Below are positions 1-12,493 of a stretch of 64,000 bases of DNA, piece after piece (positions within the stretch are counted from its first letter, which is position 1; every line of letters begins with the position of its first letter). The stretch comes from Phoronis australis (taxonomy: Eukaryota; Animalia; Phoronida). The translations under genes were made by a program, and so were the position numbers. Below the pieces are notes generated by a model. The model was not told where the DNA came from and did not search any database. It worked only from the letters and a program-made list of their open reading frames with translations. Location: positions 348,062-412,061 of the forward strand of contig NMRA01000178.1 in assembly GCA_002633005.1 (NCBI GenBank). Reading direction: 5' to 3'.

Positions 1-83
1 TATCTGGCCGATTTAACCGGCGTGTTATTCTTACTGTATAAATACAGGACAGTATCGTAAACAAAAGTCATCGACAGTACAAA

Positions 84-1508
84 CACGGGTGAGAAACAAC
101 ATGACCGCCGGTCCTCTAAATCGAACTGACTCACCCAAAACAGGACCTCCGGGGATCAAATGGGACCGCTGCACCAGAAAATGGGACTGACGCACCTAAA
201 AACATGACAGCCCCACCACAAAACAGAACCGCCGGGCACTGAACATGACCGCCGGACAAAATGTAGTTATCAAGGCCTTTGTATGATACTGCGGGTTATG
301 ACGTAACCAGTCAGCTAGCTGTGTAAAGACTCGCCAAAATAAAGCTTGGTAGCACTGCGTTCTTGAGCTCCGTTTCATCCCCGAAATTTCCCACAGCCCG
401 GGTATAGTTCTGCTCGTCACCTCGTCGTGAAACTTATATCAACATGTAGAGCTACCGAGCGCAGCAGGCGCATTGCAAAGTCTAGGATTCAATGAACACT
501 CACCTTGCAGGTTACAGCCGCCTGAGTGAAAAACAATGAGTCATTTGTTTGCCTATTGTAACAAAAAAGTCTGTCACGCTCATGACATGAACATGCGACA
601 TTTCATAAAATTTTGCGACATCTTTCGGAAGATGATGACTCAACTTCGTATCAGCACGATTTGTTCTGAAATTCGGCTTACTGGTATTAAAATACTAAAA
701 ACTTATGACGAAATGAAACCAGTTACGATAATTTGTTGTGCCATGTATGCAACCTTGTAAAAGAGAAGAAGAGCTGACTGAAGAATCAGTGAAAAAAGGA
801 ACTGGTCAATGTAAGCCGACCTAAAAGAACGCATTTCAATTTTAGCAGCAGAATAATGACAGAACGACAATTTCTCCCATAAATAATTTAGTTCACTCAA
901 GGAAGAGTGTCGTTAATATCACTAATTCGGTGAAGATTTTATCATATGTTCAGTGTTTTACCCACATCGGCGCCAAGCTGTATATTTAGTATACAACTTT
1001 GCCGCACAAAGGCTAGTTATGATGCTTCACCCGAGAACCAGAACGCCCATTTTTGTTTCTTTATTTTTCTTGACTAAAACATCACATTGGAGAGAATGAT
1101 TTTCATTTTGTTCTAAAACTTACACAGTGGATAAAGTTATAATTATTTAGCTCAAAAGCGTGCAACGTGGTTGGTTTGTGGTTAAAACTCAAAAGCGCCG
1201 CGTGTTACAAAACGAAGTATCCTGTAGCGCACAAAAAGATTTCGTTGGCTTAATCGGCACAAGACCTGCACATGCATACGTATATAGCTCCATTGTATGA
1301 TCTGTGTAGGCCTACCAGTAATAAATCTTAGCTTGTTTGTCATTGCGGTTTCAATCCCCGGTGGTCATGTTCAGTCCCCGGCGGTCCTGTTTTCTGATGG
1401 GGCAGTCATGTTTTTAGGTGCGTCAGTCACATTTATCCCAGGAGGTCCTGTTTTGGGTGAGTCGGTCCGATTTAAGAGAACCGGCGGTCATGTTGTTTCG
1501 CACCCGTG
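84..1508. mobile_element. Non-autonomous DNA transposon with long (~170 bp) imperfect TIRs, CACGGGTG...CACCCGTG termini
   Basis: 84-256 (cacgggtgagaaacaacatgaccgccgg...) is the reverse complement of ~1358-1508 (...ccggcggtcatgttgtttcgcacccgtg), with internal catgaccgccgg subrepeats. No clean TSD (aaa/aga). CAC termini suggest the CMC/Transib group (inference). Confidence 0.8.
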
Positions 1509-1830
1509 AGAAAGATGTACTCCGAAAAGGCGCAACCACAATTTCTGGGATTCACATCTCCTGAACATAAATTCTAAGCACCAATTTGTCTGTACAACAG
1601 CCCACATTTACACTTCCTCCATCAGTCATGCCAGTTTGTTTGCGTAAAGCACTGCTTTTTGAGAATTCGACTGGCCAATCAGAAATGCCGGTGTAAAAAA
1701 ATTTCCCGAGGAAAATAGTGATACCTGCGTGCTGGCTACCACGTAGCGGCATGCAGGGAACCAGCGAGGCCTACATGTAGCGTGCGCTTCCTGGCCACGT
1801 GCTTTTAACACTGGTCAAATTTTTTATTAG

Positions 1831-2100
1831 TCTTTGATTCGCGGTTTTCATGTGTACAAAGAAACCTGGATTACTGTTGGGGGAGATCTCTATGGGAAAG
1901 ATACAATACAATCCTGTAGATAAGTACGCTGTGTCTGTTCTGAAAGGCCTAACCATAGTGGAACACGTTCCTCGCAAGGTCATCAAAACTAATACGTTCG
2001 TTTTGAAGCACTGCGGAAGTTTGAAGTGTATAGTCATGGTTGAATACCATCACAGCGGCGAGGCTCATGGTCTACAAATTCCGTGCACAATAATTTTTTT
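1831..2100 (+). pseudogene. Frameshifted HIRAN-like domain remnant, probably transposon cargo
   Basis: Frame 1 reads SLIRGFHVYKETW. After a frameshift it reads GEI..KIQYNPVDKYAVSVLKGLTIVEHVPRKV...CGSLKCIV...GLQIPC. This matches the invertebrate HIRAN pattern (RGYHVYK..W / NP.D.YAV.V / VGHVPR / GLEIPC). A pogo/Tigger-like end (...gggcgct...gagtacagta) follows, ending at 2284. Confidence 0.65.
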
Positions 2101-2783
2101 CTGGACAGTCGGATATTATTGATAAATTGAAGACGTTACTGTAGAATTTTAGAAAGGTAGGTTTGGCATTTTTCGCATGTATACACACGTTTATGGGGTG
2201 GGCGCTTACCTTAGCTAAGTCTGAAGACGCGTGGGGGGTGGGGTGTTTATAGGGGCATGAGCGCTCATTAGGGTGAGTACAGTAGCAGTTTTATACAACA
2301 AGTTTATTTCAGTTGAAGCTGGAAGTGCAAGTTTGACTGATGAACAGCATGCATACATCAACAAACTTAGTGACACTAGGACCAATAGCAATTCTGATGA
2401 CAATTTAGGCCATCAGATGTGAATCGATAACAGAGGATGTCTACCACACAAACATGTACTGCTGTATTAAGTCAAAAGATGTATGGGTAAAATCTACGTA
2501 AACTGTGAACTTGAATTTCACTGTTGACCTGTCTCTGTGGAGAAAATCTGACACATGCATATATAACTTCATAAAAAACGTGAATGACAGTTTGGCAAAT
2601 TTATGTATGAACTGTATTTAGACTAAACAAGCATGGTACAATTATTTTACGTTCATTTGGTATTCTTTTGACAGTCCGTGAACTGTAAATTATGGCCCAG
2701 ACACAAGCAAACATCGCTCAACCACTGTTGTGTTCAGACCACAGTTCACCAGTAAACAAATGCCTGCTGTAGTAGCTGCCTAA

Positions 2784-3130
2784 CATAAGATACCTAAATT
2801 ACAGGTTAACGGACTCATAAACATGGTCACGGACGCATGAACACAGTTTACGGACAAAACGTAGATGTCTGCTGACCCAGGAAGCCGATAAGTCCGTGAC
2901 CCGTGTTTATGGCGTATTTATCGGAGTGAACCGTGTTTGGTGGTCCGTTAACCGTGTTTCTTTGCGTATGTGAGTCCGTGTCCCGTGTATTTGGATGAAT
3001 GGATCATGTTTTATGAGTCCGTTCCCGTGTTTGTGAGTCAGTGAACGGTGTTTGCAGGTACGCGAGTCGTGTTCATGAGTCCGTGACCTTGTTTATGAGT
3101 CTGTTAACCGTGTAGTTTAGGTACCTTGTA
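2784..3130. mobile_element. MITE with ~60-bp imperfect TIRs and internal ~21-bp subrepeats
   Basis: aagatacctaaattacaggttaacggactcataaacatggtcacggacgcatgaacac pairs with gtgttcatgagtccgtgaccttgtttatgagtctgttaaccgtgtagtttaggtacctt. Repeated gagtccgtg-ccgtgttt units lie inside. Confidence 0.8.
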
Positions 3131-4077
3131 ACGTGTAGAGTGAAAAGAACATGAAAGCACATCACATTGCCATCTTTCAAAATTGTAGAACTCAACCACA
3201 TCTGCAGAAGATTCTTTTGAAACTGGGGCCTGTTTCACTAAACTGTTGTTTCTTCATGGTTTATCTGTCTGGGTGAAAACCAGCAAAGACACATTTTACA
3301 AACTATGACAGCTATGAAAGTTATGACAGGCACATGTGCCCCAGGCCTTTCAAATCTTCCACTGTATCTATTCAATTTCCCACAATGCCTCTAACAAACT
3401 TCATAAAACTGATTCCAATGTGTTTTGTTGACTCCCAGTGGCTAGTGGCTTCAGTGTTTACATTGTCTAGGACTTGACAAAGGATGTCCTGTAGGGACCT
3501 GGTCAGAGTAAGGTAACACTGACCAGATGGTCAGTGGAATGAACCAAGTCAGGTCAGTGGAATGCACTGAGTCAGGTTAATGGAGTTAGTCTCAGTCCAA
3601 TACAGACTGCATTATTTATACAATCCACAGCTGCCTTAAGACAACTTTTTGACAGAATAATTTGCTGTAAAACTGAGTCTACTCTGAGTTCACTGCTGTC
3701 TTAAACTACGGCAAGTGATCAGGGTCAAAATACACAAAGACATAAAAAACAAGACAACCTAGTCCCAGTAAATAGAAGAAACTGTTTATGAAACATACAA
3801 AACTTATTTACAACTAGCAAGTCATTTCAGTCACATGAACCTTGCGAACAGACAGCATCGAGACAGTTAAGGACGGACAATTAGAATGAAAAGACATTTA
3901 TGAGGATCAGTTGCAAAAGAAACGGACACTATAGAACCAAAAAGAGCGTTTTGAACACACAACAGTTTTGAATGAACAAGGCAGTTTGGAATAAACCACA
4001 CAGTTCCCAATGAACAAGAAGAAACCTAACAAACAGCAGAGGGTGGTATTTCACGAAGAAACCAAACACGCAGAAAT

Positions 4078-4080
<3 letters not shown>

Positions 4081-4120
<40 letters not shown>
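4081..4120. repeat. (TG)20 microsatellite
   Basis: Perfect dinucleotide run, embedded in a degenerate element with aatgaacaag/cttgttcatt subrepeats (~3872-4553). Confidence 0.98.
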
Positions 4121-4122
<2 letters not shown>

Positions 4123-4700
4123 CGCGGGTGTGTGCCGGCAATCTGGTCGTAAACATATGGTCCGTAAATAAGCCACAACAGTATTCTGAATCATATTGTC
4201 ATTTTATTTGATACCAAATGTTCCCTTTGTGCAAGTATGTCTTGTTCATTTTAATGAACGCCATCTTTTGCAATGAATAACAAACATGCATGTCTGATGA
4301 GACAGCCATTTTAAAAATATCAACATGCTCTTTCAACTAATGACAAGTTTGTTCGATAAGACTGTCTAGTTAATCACATTTAAAATGAACGACTTTGTTT
4401 ACAATATGTCTCGTTTGTTTCATGACTAGACTTGATTTCTGGCGAATGACATGTTCATCCAACAAGATTGTCTTGTTCATTCAAGAAACCAGCTCAGGTG
4501 TTTCTTGAATAAACAATACAACTTGTTCGTTTCATTTAGTCTAATTTGACCCGATCATCTGCCATGCTGAACGCCACCATCAACTAAATTAAATGTAAAT
4601 TAGGTTTCAATGGCAGCTGGTAAAATGATGAGCACACAACAGACAGCATCCCTTAAATGTCAAAATTATCTTCTGCAATCCCAGTTTCATAACAAAAGTT

Positions 4701-5119
4701 CAGGGTTACCATAGAATCATACGCACGAGCATCGCATCTTACCCACGCACCACCTATGAACCTATGAATCATGAATACAAACCCATGAATCATGCAGATG
4801 AACCCAAAAATCAAGCGTATGAACAAAAATCATACGCATGAACCACAAAAATCACGCAAACACAAATCATACGCATGAGCATTTGAATCATATGCACGAA
4901 CCACCAAACGATGGAGTGTTCATGCCTGTGATTCGATGCTGGCGTGTACGATTTTGTGTTCATACGTAGGATTTTTGCGGTTCGTGAGCATTTTTGTTGG
5001 CATGTGTGATTTTTAGGTTGGTATGCATGATTCATCGGTTCGTATACATGATTCATGGCTTCGTAAGTGGTTTGTGCGTAAGATGCCATGATCGTGAGTA
5101 TGATTCTATGGTGCCCCTG
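4701..5119. mobile_element. Palindromic MITE, CAGGG...CCCTG termini, 6-bp TSD AAAGTT (hAT-like)
   Basis: cagggttaccatagaatcatacgcacga is inverted against tcgtgagtatgattctatggtgcccctg. AAAGTT lies at 4695-4700 and 5120-5125. Internal atgaacc/aatcat subrepeats are present. Confidence 0.85.
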
Positions 5120-5188
5120 AAAGTTTACAAAACAGTAAACATTGAGCATAACATATGGCCTCTTCCTCATGAAGTCACGTGACTTTAC

Positions 5189-5332
5189 CTCCTTGCGTTG
5201 TTCTTTCTTACGTTGTTGTTCCTCTTCGTATGCTGTGATCAAGTCCTTACAACTGTCCAGATGATCTACGGGTTCCCATGTGTCCCAGCTAGGGCTGTAG
5301 CTGGCCCAGCGCACCTTGTAACGAGTCTCCCC
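5189..5332 (-). CDS. Coding exon 2 of an MPP8-like chromodomain protein (C-terminal part of chromodomain plus charged helix)
   Basis: Acceptor acttttag|GGG, donor GAG|gtaaag; 144 nt, phase 0/0. Translates GETRYKVRWASYSPSWDTWEPVDHLDSCKDLITAYEEEQQRKKEQRKE. YKVRW..Y....DTWEP..HL..CK closely matches the vertebrate MPP8 chromodomain as I recall it. Confidence 0.92.
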
Positions 5333-8300
5333 CTAAAAGTGCACACAGAACACATTATGCAATCTCGCTGTTGGTCAACATACCAACTAAAACAAATGTT
5401 TGGCACAAGATGACTAAACTGTCCCCCACTGGCTCAGGACATGGGAGACGCCCCACCCACACCTCCGTGTAAAGTGTATTTTCTAAAGCATCCTTCAAGG
5501 AATATTGCACCAACGGCATTTTCAAATCTGTGACCTAGAAAGTGATGTCAAGGTCACCAAATTCCAGGGGCATTTGAAGATCCCCCCACCCATAACTTGA
5601 TGCAAGATATGAACAAAACCTGAACAGTCTTTATCGAGATATTGCACAAACAACTTCAGTGAGTTGTAACAAAAAAATGCTCCACATTCCCTTGATGAAC
5701 ATTCTAAATTTAGATCATACTTGTTAAAAACAATCTTTCTGTAATCTGAGCCCCTTGCACACAATACTCGAACTTGACGAATTATCATAATAAATGTTGA
5801 AAATAAAACCTCCACACTGCCACATCACACCATACAGTGACAATTAAGTAAAAAAACATCAACTAGAATACCGTCAGACCTAACCACAGAAACAATGAAT
5901 GACCACTTAGTCTCCAAGTGAGCAGTAGCATTATGGACAAAAACTAACCATAGAGTAAAAACTTATCAATTATCAAAATAGCCCTTTGTTAAATTTCAAG
6001 GGCTTTGGTCATTGTGAATGCCCAGTTTTTTTCAAAATACTGTAGTAGCTGCGGTACAGATCTTGAATAATGTTGGAAAATTAACTTGGTGTTTGTTGCA
6101 CATCCTTCAATGACAAAATGAGAAAATAAAATTTCACTTGTCTGGCCCATTGTGTCTTAAATTGACGAGATTTCAATGCATTAAAAAAACTTTTTCAATG
6201 AGCCTTTTATTTCTACTGCAGTAAAATGTAAAAGATTAAAAAAGAAATTTAGGAGACCAATCAATAGCCGTCCATACTCTGCGCTTCCACTTCTCTGAGT
6301 GTAGACTCATATACTGAAGTCTTCATCAGAGACCTCATTTATTCATGTACAGAAATGGCTGTTAAAATCAACGTTTTTCTAAATATCATTATTCTATAGT
6401 TCAAAGATAAACTGCTCTCCTAAAAATAATCTAAACTGTTGCCAAGTTCAGTCGACTCCACTACAACTAATACAATGCCAACAATATCAATATCGAATAA
6501 ATTTGATGCCAAGAAAATCACGTGCTAAGTAGGTGAATAATTAGTCTAACGACAAAATTAGACTTTAGAAAAATTACAAGCTTAGACCAGGATTTCACAC
6601 CTTAGCAACAAAGAAGTAGACTAAAACAAGTGCCTAAGCAATGCTGAGGCCATGCAACGTGTATGTTAATTAACAACTTTTACAACTGAAAATCTATCTT
6701 CACCAAGGAATGCTCCCAGGTACTCTAATACAGTAACTAAGGCTAAGAGGAAGCCTGCACTCAGTGCTAGCCAGGCTAGGCAGGTTCTCAATATGCTGCA
6801 CATGCAATCCCAGATCAATATTAGCATTGTAAATATGACAACATAATTAAACATGCCACCACCAGCAGCCTGTTATGCACTCAAGGCATGGTCAGTGTGG
6901 TCAGTGTGGTCAGTGACCTTGCCCACACAACAGGGAAACAGTGATCTTCAAGGCATGCTCTTTTTGAAAAGCTCCAAGTCACATTTTTAAGATATGAGTC
7001 CTGTTTTATGAAAGACCAAGGTTTTCATGGTACGTTTCACGAAACTTACATTAAAATAATAAAAATAAAATCACGAATAGAGTAATATTTCTGTAAACCC
7101 ACAAGTGGTGCTTCAGGAAGTCTAAGGGTGCTCTCAAACAAATACATTTCCTGTACCATCTTGAAAACGGAAAACATGAATGGGCACACACTTACCAGTG
7201 CGTAAACCGAGTTTAACAACAACCCTGCATAACGATACCTTGAGAGGCCCGTGTTTTCGCCCAAATTGCAACTAACTAAAGAACAGGCCATTTGGACTTT
7301 TTTTTACAGTAAAAGAATAGCGAATGTAGAGTCTAAAATGTGCTACGAAATTCAAACTTTATTAGTCAAAACAAAAACATTTGACAGTCAATCAAAATCA
7401 AGTTCTAAGTCCATGTGCAATGTGTTGAACTGTCACAATGCAGTCAAGAGACTTAGGAGAAATTTAACACAAGCTTAATGAGAAGGTTGAATCTTGAGTA
7501 CACACAGTGAATAGCTTTCAAATCAATGACACTGGAGCCTGCTGGGAATGACAAGTTACATATGTTGCAGAAACCAAATAGCATTACACACACAGTTATC
7601 TGCATAACTGGCATTCTGAAGGTTAACATCTACAGATTCAAGTTTGGGCATCAGAGCACAAATAATGCACTGAGATCCAGGAGACCACGGGCTCAAAACT
7701 GGTCAAAATTGGCTAAAAAGCAAAAATTGAATTACGCCTTTTACTTTCAAAAAATTATCTTCACAATATTCTTCACTTTTTAACAGTATTCTATTTCCAA
7801 TACTATCAAGAACGTTGAAACCATCACCAACTCAAAAACAACTCACTTCCGGGCATAATGCTAAGCATAGCGTGAAGTCGACAAATTCAGTTGAGGTGTT
7901 GTCCAGAGTTTGAGGCGAATAATTCACCCTTGCTCCATTTCAACCTAAAGTACACAGTCAAAAAACATTGCTTGTGTTTGCGTGGGGACTGGGTCTTGTC
8001 AGTTTTTGCCAAACAATTCCTACTCCCAGTCTACTTACAGTTTCATAACCAGCGACTTTGTCAAACAAAATCTGAGGTCGCATAGGCAACCATCAGTTTC
8101 TTGGGGTTAGTCAACCCTGAAATTTCTATGACAGATGAGTAAGGTAATTTTTAAACCTGAAGCCCTTCATTCAATTATTCAACACTGACAGCAAAATAAC
8201 AGCAAAATGCCCCTTTAGCAAACAAGACTCTATTCTCTAAACCTATCGTATTATGATACAGGCACATCCCCATCAACAAAAGAAAGCATTTACAGCAAAT

Positions 8301-9390
8301 TCATTACATTTTTCATCAGCTTGAGCAACTAAACTACTGGGCCAGTTGTACTGAAAACCAATAATCCATGGTTTGTGATCCATAGGTTGTTGAAGGAGGA
8401 AGTTTGTCACTGACTTTAGATGCTGTGCAGTCTAGTCTGTTCTACTTCAGTAAGCCTGGCTTTACAGCCAATGTAAACATCATCCACACTCCACATGTCA
8501 ATTTGTCTAGTGAAATGCACTTGAGTGAATTAAGCCTTGTGGTAGATCATCAAATCAAACCTAGTGCTGGTGAGTGACTGCTAGTATTGGACAAACCCGA
8601 AGTACACTGCTAACCTGGTGGAAAATTCTTCTTTCCAACCATGTGCATATTTCAACCAAAATTATGTAAACAGTTCTGATGTGCATATTTCAACCAAAGT
8701 TATGTAAACAATTCCAGGGGTTTTCTTGGTTCAACTTTCCCAGTTCGGTATCAATAAAACCAGTCCTGGATCACCAATAAAAAGCAACTAAAGATGCCCA
8801 TATCTCAGAGATGATATTTAAGAAATGTTACAGCTCATCTAGTCAAACATAAACCAGGCATTAAATTCAAACACTTTTGTAGTTTTGTTTACAGATTTGG
8901 AACAGTAGCACAGTAAAAGTCGATTTGTAGTGGTATCGAAATTTGTTGCAAATACTTAAGCAACAGGTCAAAAGCTGTCATATATTGTGAATAATTATTT
9001 TCACAGTTGCGTGCTTAATGATGGGCTGCAGTAAATACTTCTGTTGTTTAATTCAAATTTTGTTGAAAACATGACTAAACTTTTTGTTTGAAAGCTTGGT
9101 ACAGTTGCTCGTAGTGTCAAAACAATCTCCTTTCTTCAGGTGTCCAGCTAAGTAGCAAAACACCGAGAGACATAACAAACAAACAAATTAAAACACTAGG
9201 TATATTTCGAGACTGCATGTCTCATCCTCAGACAATAAGTAGAATGAACGTGTATGTAGCGAAATAAACAGTGAAATACACGTGACAGCGGGAAGAGAGG
9301 CATACAAGCAGAGAGTGTGAATGCAACACAGGGTAGGAAGTCCACAAGCCTATCAAAACAGAGCCAACGTGCGGTAATAATCAAAATGTC

Positions 9391-9610
9391 GCTGCAGTAA
9401 ATACTTGCACTGTACAATGTTATAATCATAAAACACTTTGATTTCATTGCCATGCACTGGTATCCAACTACAGTAAATACTCGTACTGTACTATAATCAT
9501 ACATTCAAAACACTGTGTTTTCACTGGGGTGCACACTCATCAAACTGCAGTAAATACTTGTATTGTACTATAATCATACAAAACATTTTGCTTCCCTTGT
9601 GGTGCACTGA
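9391..9610. repeat. Degenerate ~77-bp tandem repeat, about 3 units
   Basis: ct(g/a)cagtaaatact...tataatcata...aaacac recurs at ~9392, ~9468 and ~9545. Confidence 0.7.
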
Positions 9611-12493
9611 CCAGAGTGATCTGGAACTGGCAACCTGGGAAATGAACTTTGTTTGGCATTTATGTTAAAAGTCTTGGTGTTACATCTTAAAATGTTTTAT
9701 ACGGACAAAAAGAGTATGAACAAAACACTCTGAATCACTACCAAATTCACTAACTTTGATTGAAAATTTAATGTACTTCCTAACATTCTAGGTGATGAAA
9801 CTAGGTAATTTAACTAGGTCTGGTAGAAATACCACCAAAATTCTTTCAGTGACTTAGATATCCAACAGCTTCTCTTCAACTTTCAAATTTGGTACAAGGA
9901 TAGATCTAGAACACCACTGGATGACCATGAAGCAACTTTATCTATTCCTTCAAAGTATTTCCATTACCTAGTAGTAAATAATCGGCAAAGAAATCTGGAT
10001 CTGACGCGATCTACAACTGGCACTGACAGTAAGTGCAGTAAAAACTTCATCAGCTTGAAGTTAGCTGCACTGTCCATAGGGGTCTATGCATTGCTAATGG
10101 CAAGAGGGCTTGAGCATTTCGGTAATAGGCAATGTGGCCAATTGCTACACATATCATTTTATGCTGGTACCTGTTAATGGCAAATTGATACAAACTATGA
10201 ATACCTTCCTTTTCCAGCTGAATAGTGGCTTCATATTTACTTGACTGTACAGCTTCACACAAAAATCAAGGAAATAATAAATATTTTCAGCATATCAAGA
10301 AAATAATTAGAGGAAGCACAATCTAAGCAGAGACATACATTCAATGGAACGTCACCTAGGCAACTAGAAACTCATGGATCGCTGGTTGTGGCTTACACAG
10401 GTGGACTTTCTTCAAAAGATTTCGTTAAGTAGAGTATGACAAAATTCTTGAGTTTGGGGAAAGTGGAAAAAATTATTATTTTGCTTGAGGTAAGGGCTTC
10501 AACCAAATTTTAGAAGTAGGCAATATTCGTGGTCTCAAAATCAGAAATTACGATCAATGACAACTGATGACTCAGCTCAATGTTGCACACTATGAAAATG
10601 TTGGATTAGCAGAGCCATTTCCAACGATTTTATGAACTGCCAATTTACTTCCAGGTTCTATCATTTTCAGGAATTTTAGAAATATGACAAAGCCTAAATT
10701 GACCATATCCCAATCTAGAATAAAGAAAATTCAATTTATTTTTGAATTTCTGTGTCCTAAATTTTAGGGACTGTTCAAAACTGGAGAATATTTACTGTAT
10801 CCAGGGCTTGGAACGACCAATGAGTGCAGTGACAAAAAAGAGGAAAATTTTCCAAGTGATTTATTGTTCCAAAAAGGCTTCTGTGATAGAAATATTTTTT
10901 GTGTTGTAAAATTTAAGTGAAATAAATGTTTTTGTATGTGAATAAAGTCAAAATAATGATAAAAAGACGAAAAAACTGGAAATCAAATATAAAGAGAAAA
11001 GCGAAACCAAAAGAGGAAATCCTCTTAAGAGAGGAAAATTCCAAGCTCTGCGTAACATCTAGGCATCAATTTTTAAGGCTTATCAAGAACTGGAGAAAAA
11101 CTTGGAAAACTTGACAACATTCTTGTAGAGTAGTGCGCCAGTTCCAAATCAAACCTACAGCACTGGTGAGCGAGTGTTGGTAATAGATAGCTCCAGAGTA
11201 TGCTATCCTGGTAGAAAATTTCTACTTCTTTCTCATGATATGCATGTTTATATGGTAATTAACCAATTTAAGGAACAGTAGATAATTTTGCATTTTGATC
11301 AACTCACCTACAATGTGAGCTCTGACTCAAAGAATCCATTTCCGTTTAACACAATAAAAACAGCTGAGGAAGCTTGTATCTCAAGAGTTGAGTTGATACT
11401 TAAAAAAAATATTTCAGCTCATCAAACATCGATGAGAAACTAAGTTCAGACACTTTTTGTAATTTATATTTTTGGGAAAGTACCGTAAACTCCCACTCGT
11501 GCTTAATTTGTGGCAGAGCCCTCAATCCCTCGATTTTGAAGCCGAAAATCGTTCACCGAATAAGAAATTTTCACCACATCAAAAATACATCTTACACACA
11601 AAATTATCACCTAAAAAGTACTTACTTTCTTCAGCAAACCTTTCTGGTTCTATACATAGCTTTGCTAAAGCATGTCTATAGAAATTAAGATGACTTTGAC
11701 GATGAATTCTAAATCCACTTTTTTGGTTGCCATTAACCTTTTCACCGTGCAATAACCACAAATTATTTTAACTGACATCATGTGAGTTAGTCAAGGACAA
11801 GCGCGAGACTGAGCGAAGCACGTGACCTGGAACATATGATACTTGCAAAAAGTAGCATGGGAAGTTATCAGGCAGAATTTGTAAGATTGCGTCCCTTGGA
11901 CTTTTTGTTCGTCAACAGGCGTGATTTCACTTAATTTCCTCGCTATGGCAACTGGGAAGTTCGAACGAACCATGACAAATTTTCATGGATATAATGTTGA
12001 ATTATGCTGACCTAATTGTCTCCATAGATAGTCATGGTATGTGTTAATTGTAACTCCGTGTCATGTGTATAATGCATGTTTCATTCGATGTTATTCACTG
12101 TATTCTGAGATGATTACCTTTTCATGGGTGTGTGTTATCACTCCTGTATGCCTGTGGCATTACAGAGCGATGAAATTGCCTAAGCCAAGGTTAATCATTG
12201 TTTGCAGAAAACCTGCCAGTGCCAGCGGCAGTGGCTGTGACACTGCACAGGTTTGATATATCGTCGTCTAATACTTGACCACCATTTATATCAAAAGGTT
12301 CCCAAAATTGCGACAGCTTCAGCCGAAATGAAAGCACAAAAGTTGATTCTCTTTCTAGACTGTATGTAAATTATCATATGACCTTGCCATCGAAAAGCCG
12401 AACCGCACAGAATCGCAGACCATTTGGCAGAAAATCTCGAGAAAAGAACGCGTCATTTACCTTGAAGTTGCACAAATTCTAAACGAAACTTAC

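Noticed and set aside
3929-4156. ORF with a (TH)n run
   Set aside because: Translation of the (TG)20 microsatellite.
4811-5314. 167-aa ORF as a complete gene
   Set aside because: Only 5189-5332 is exon; the remainder reads through the donor into intron and MITE sequence.
8640-8711. 38-bp direct repeat, and the (tggtcagtg)3 at ~6889
   Set aside because: Ordinary local slippage duplications in an intron.
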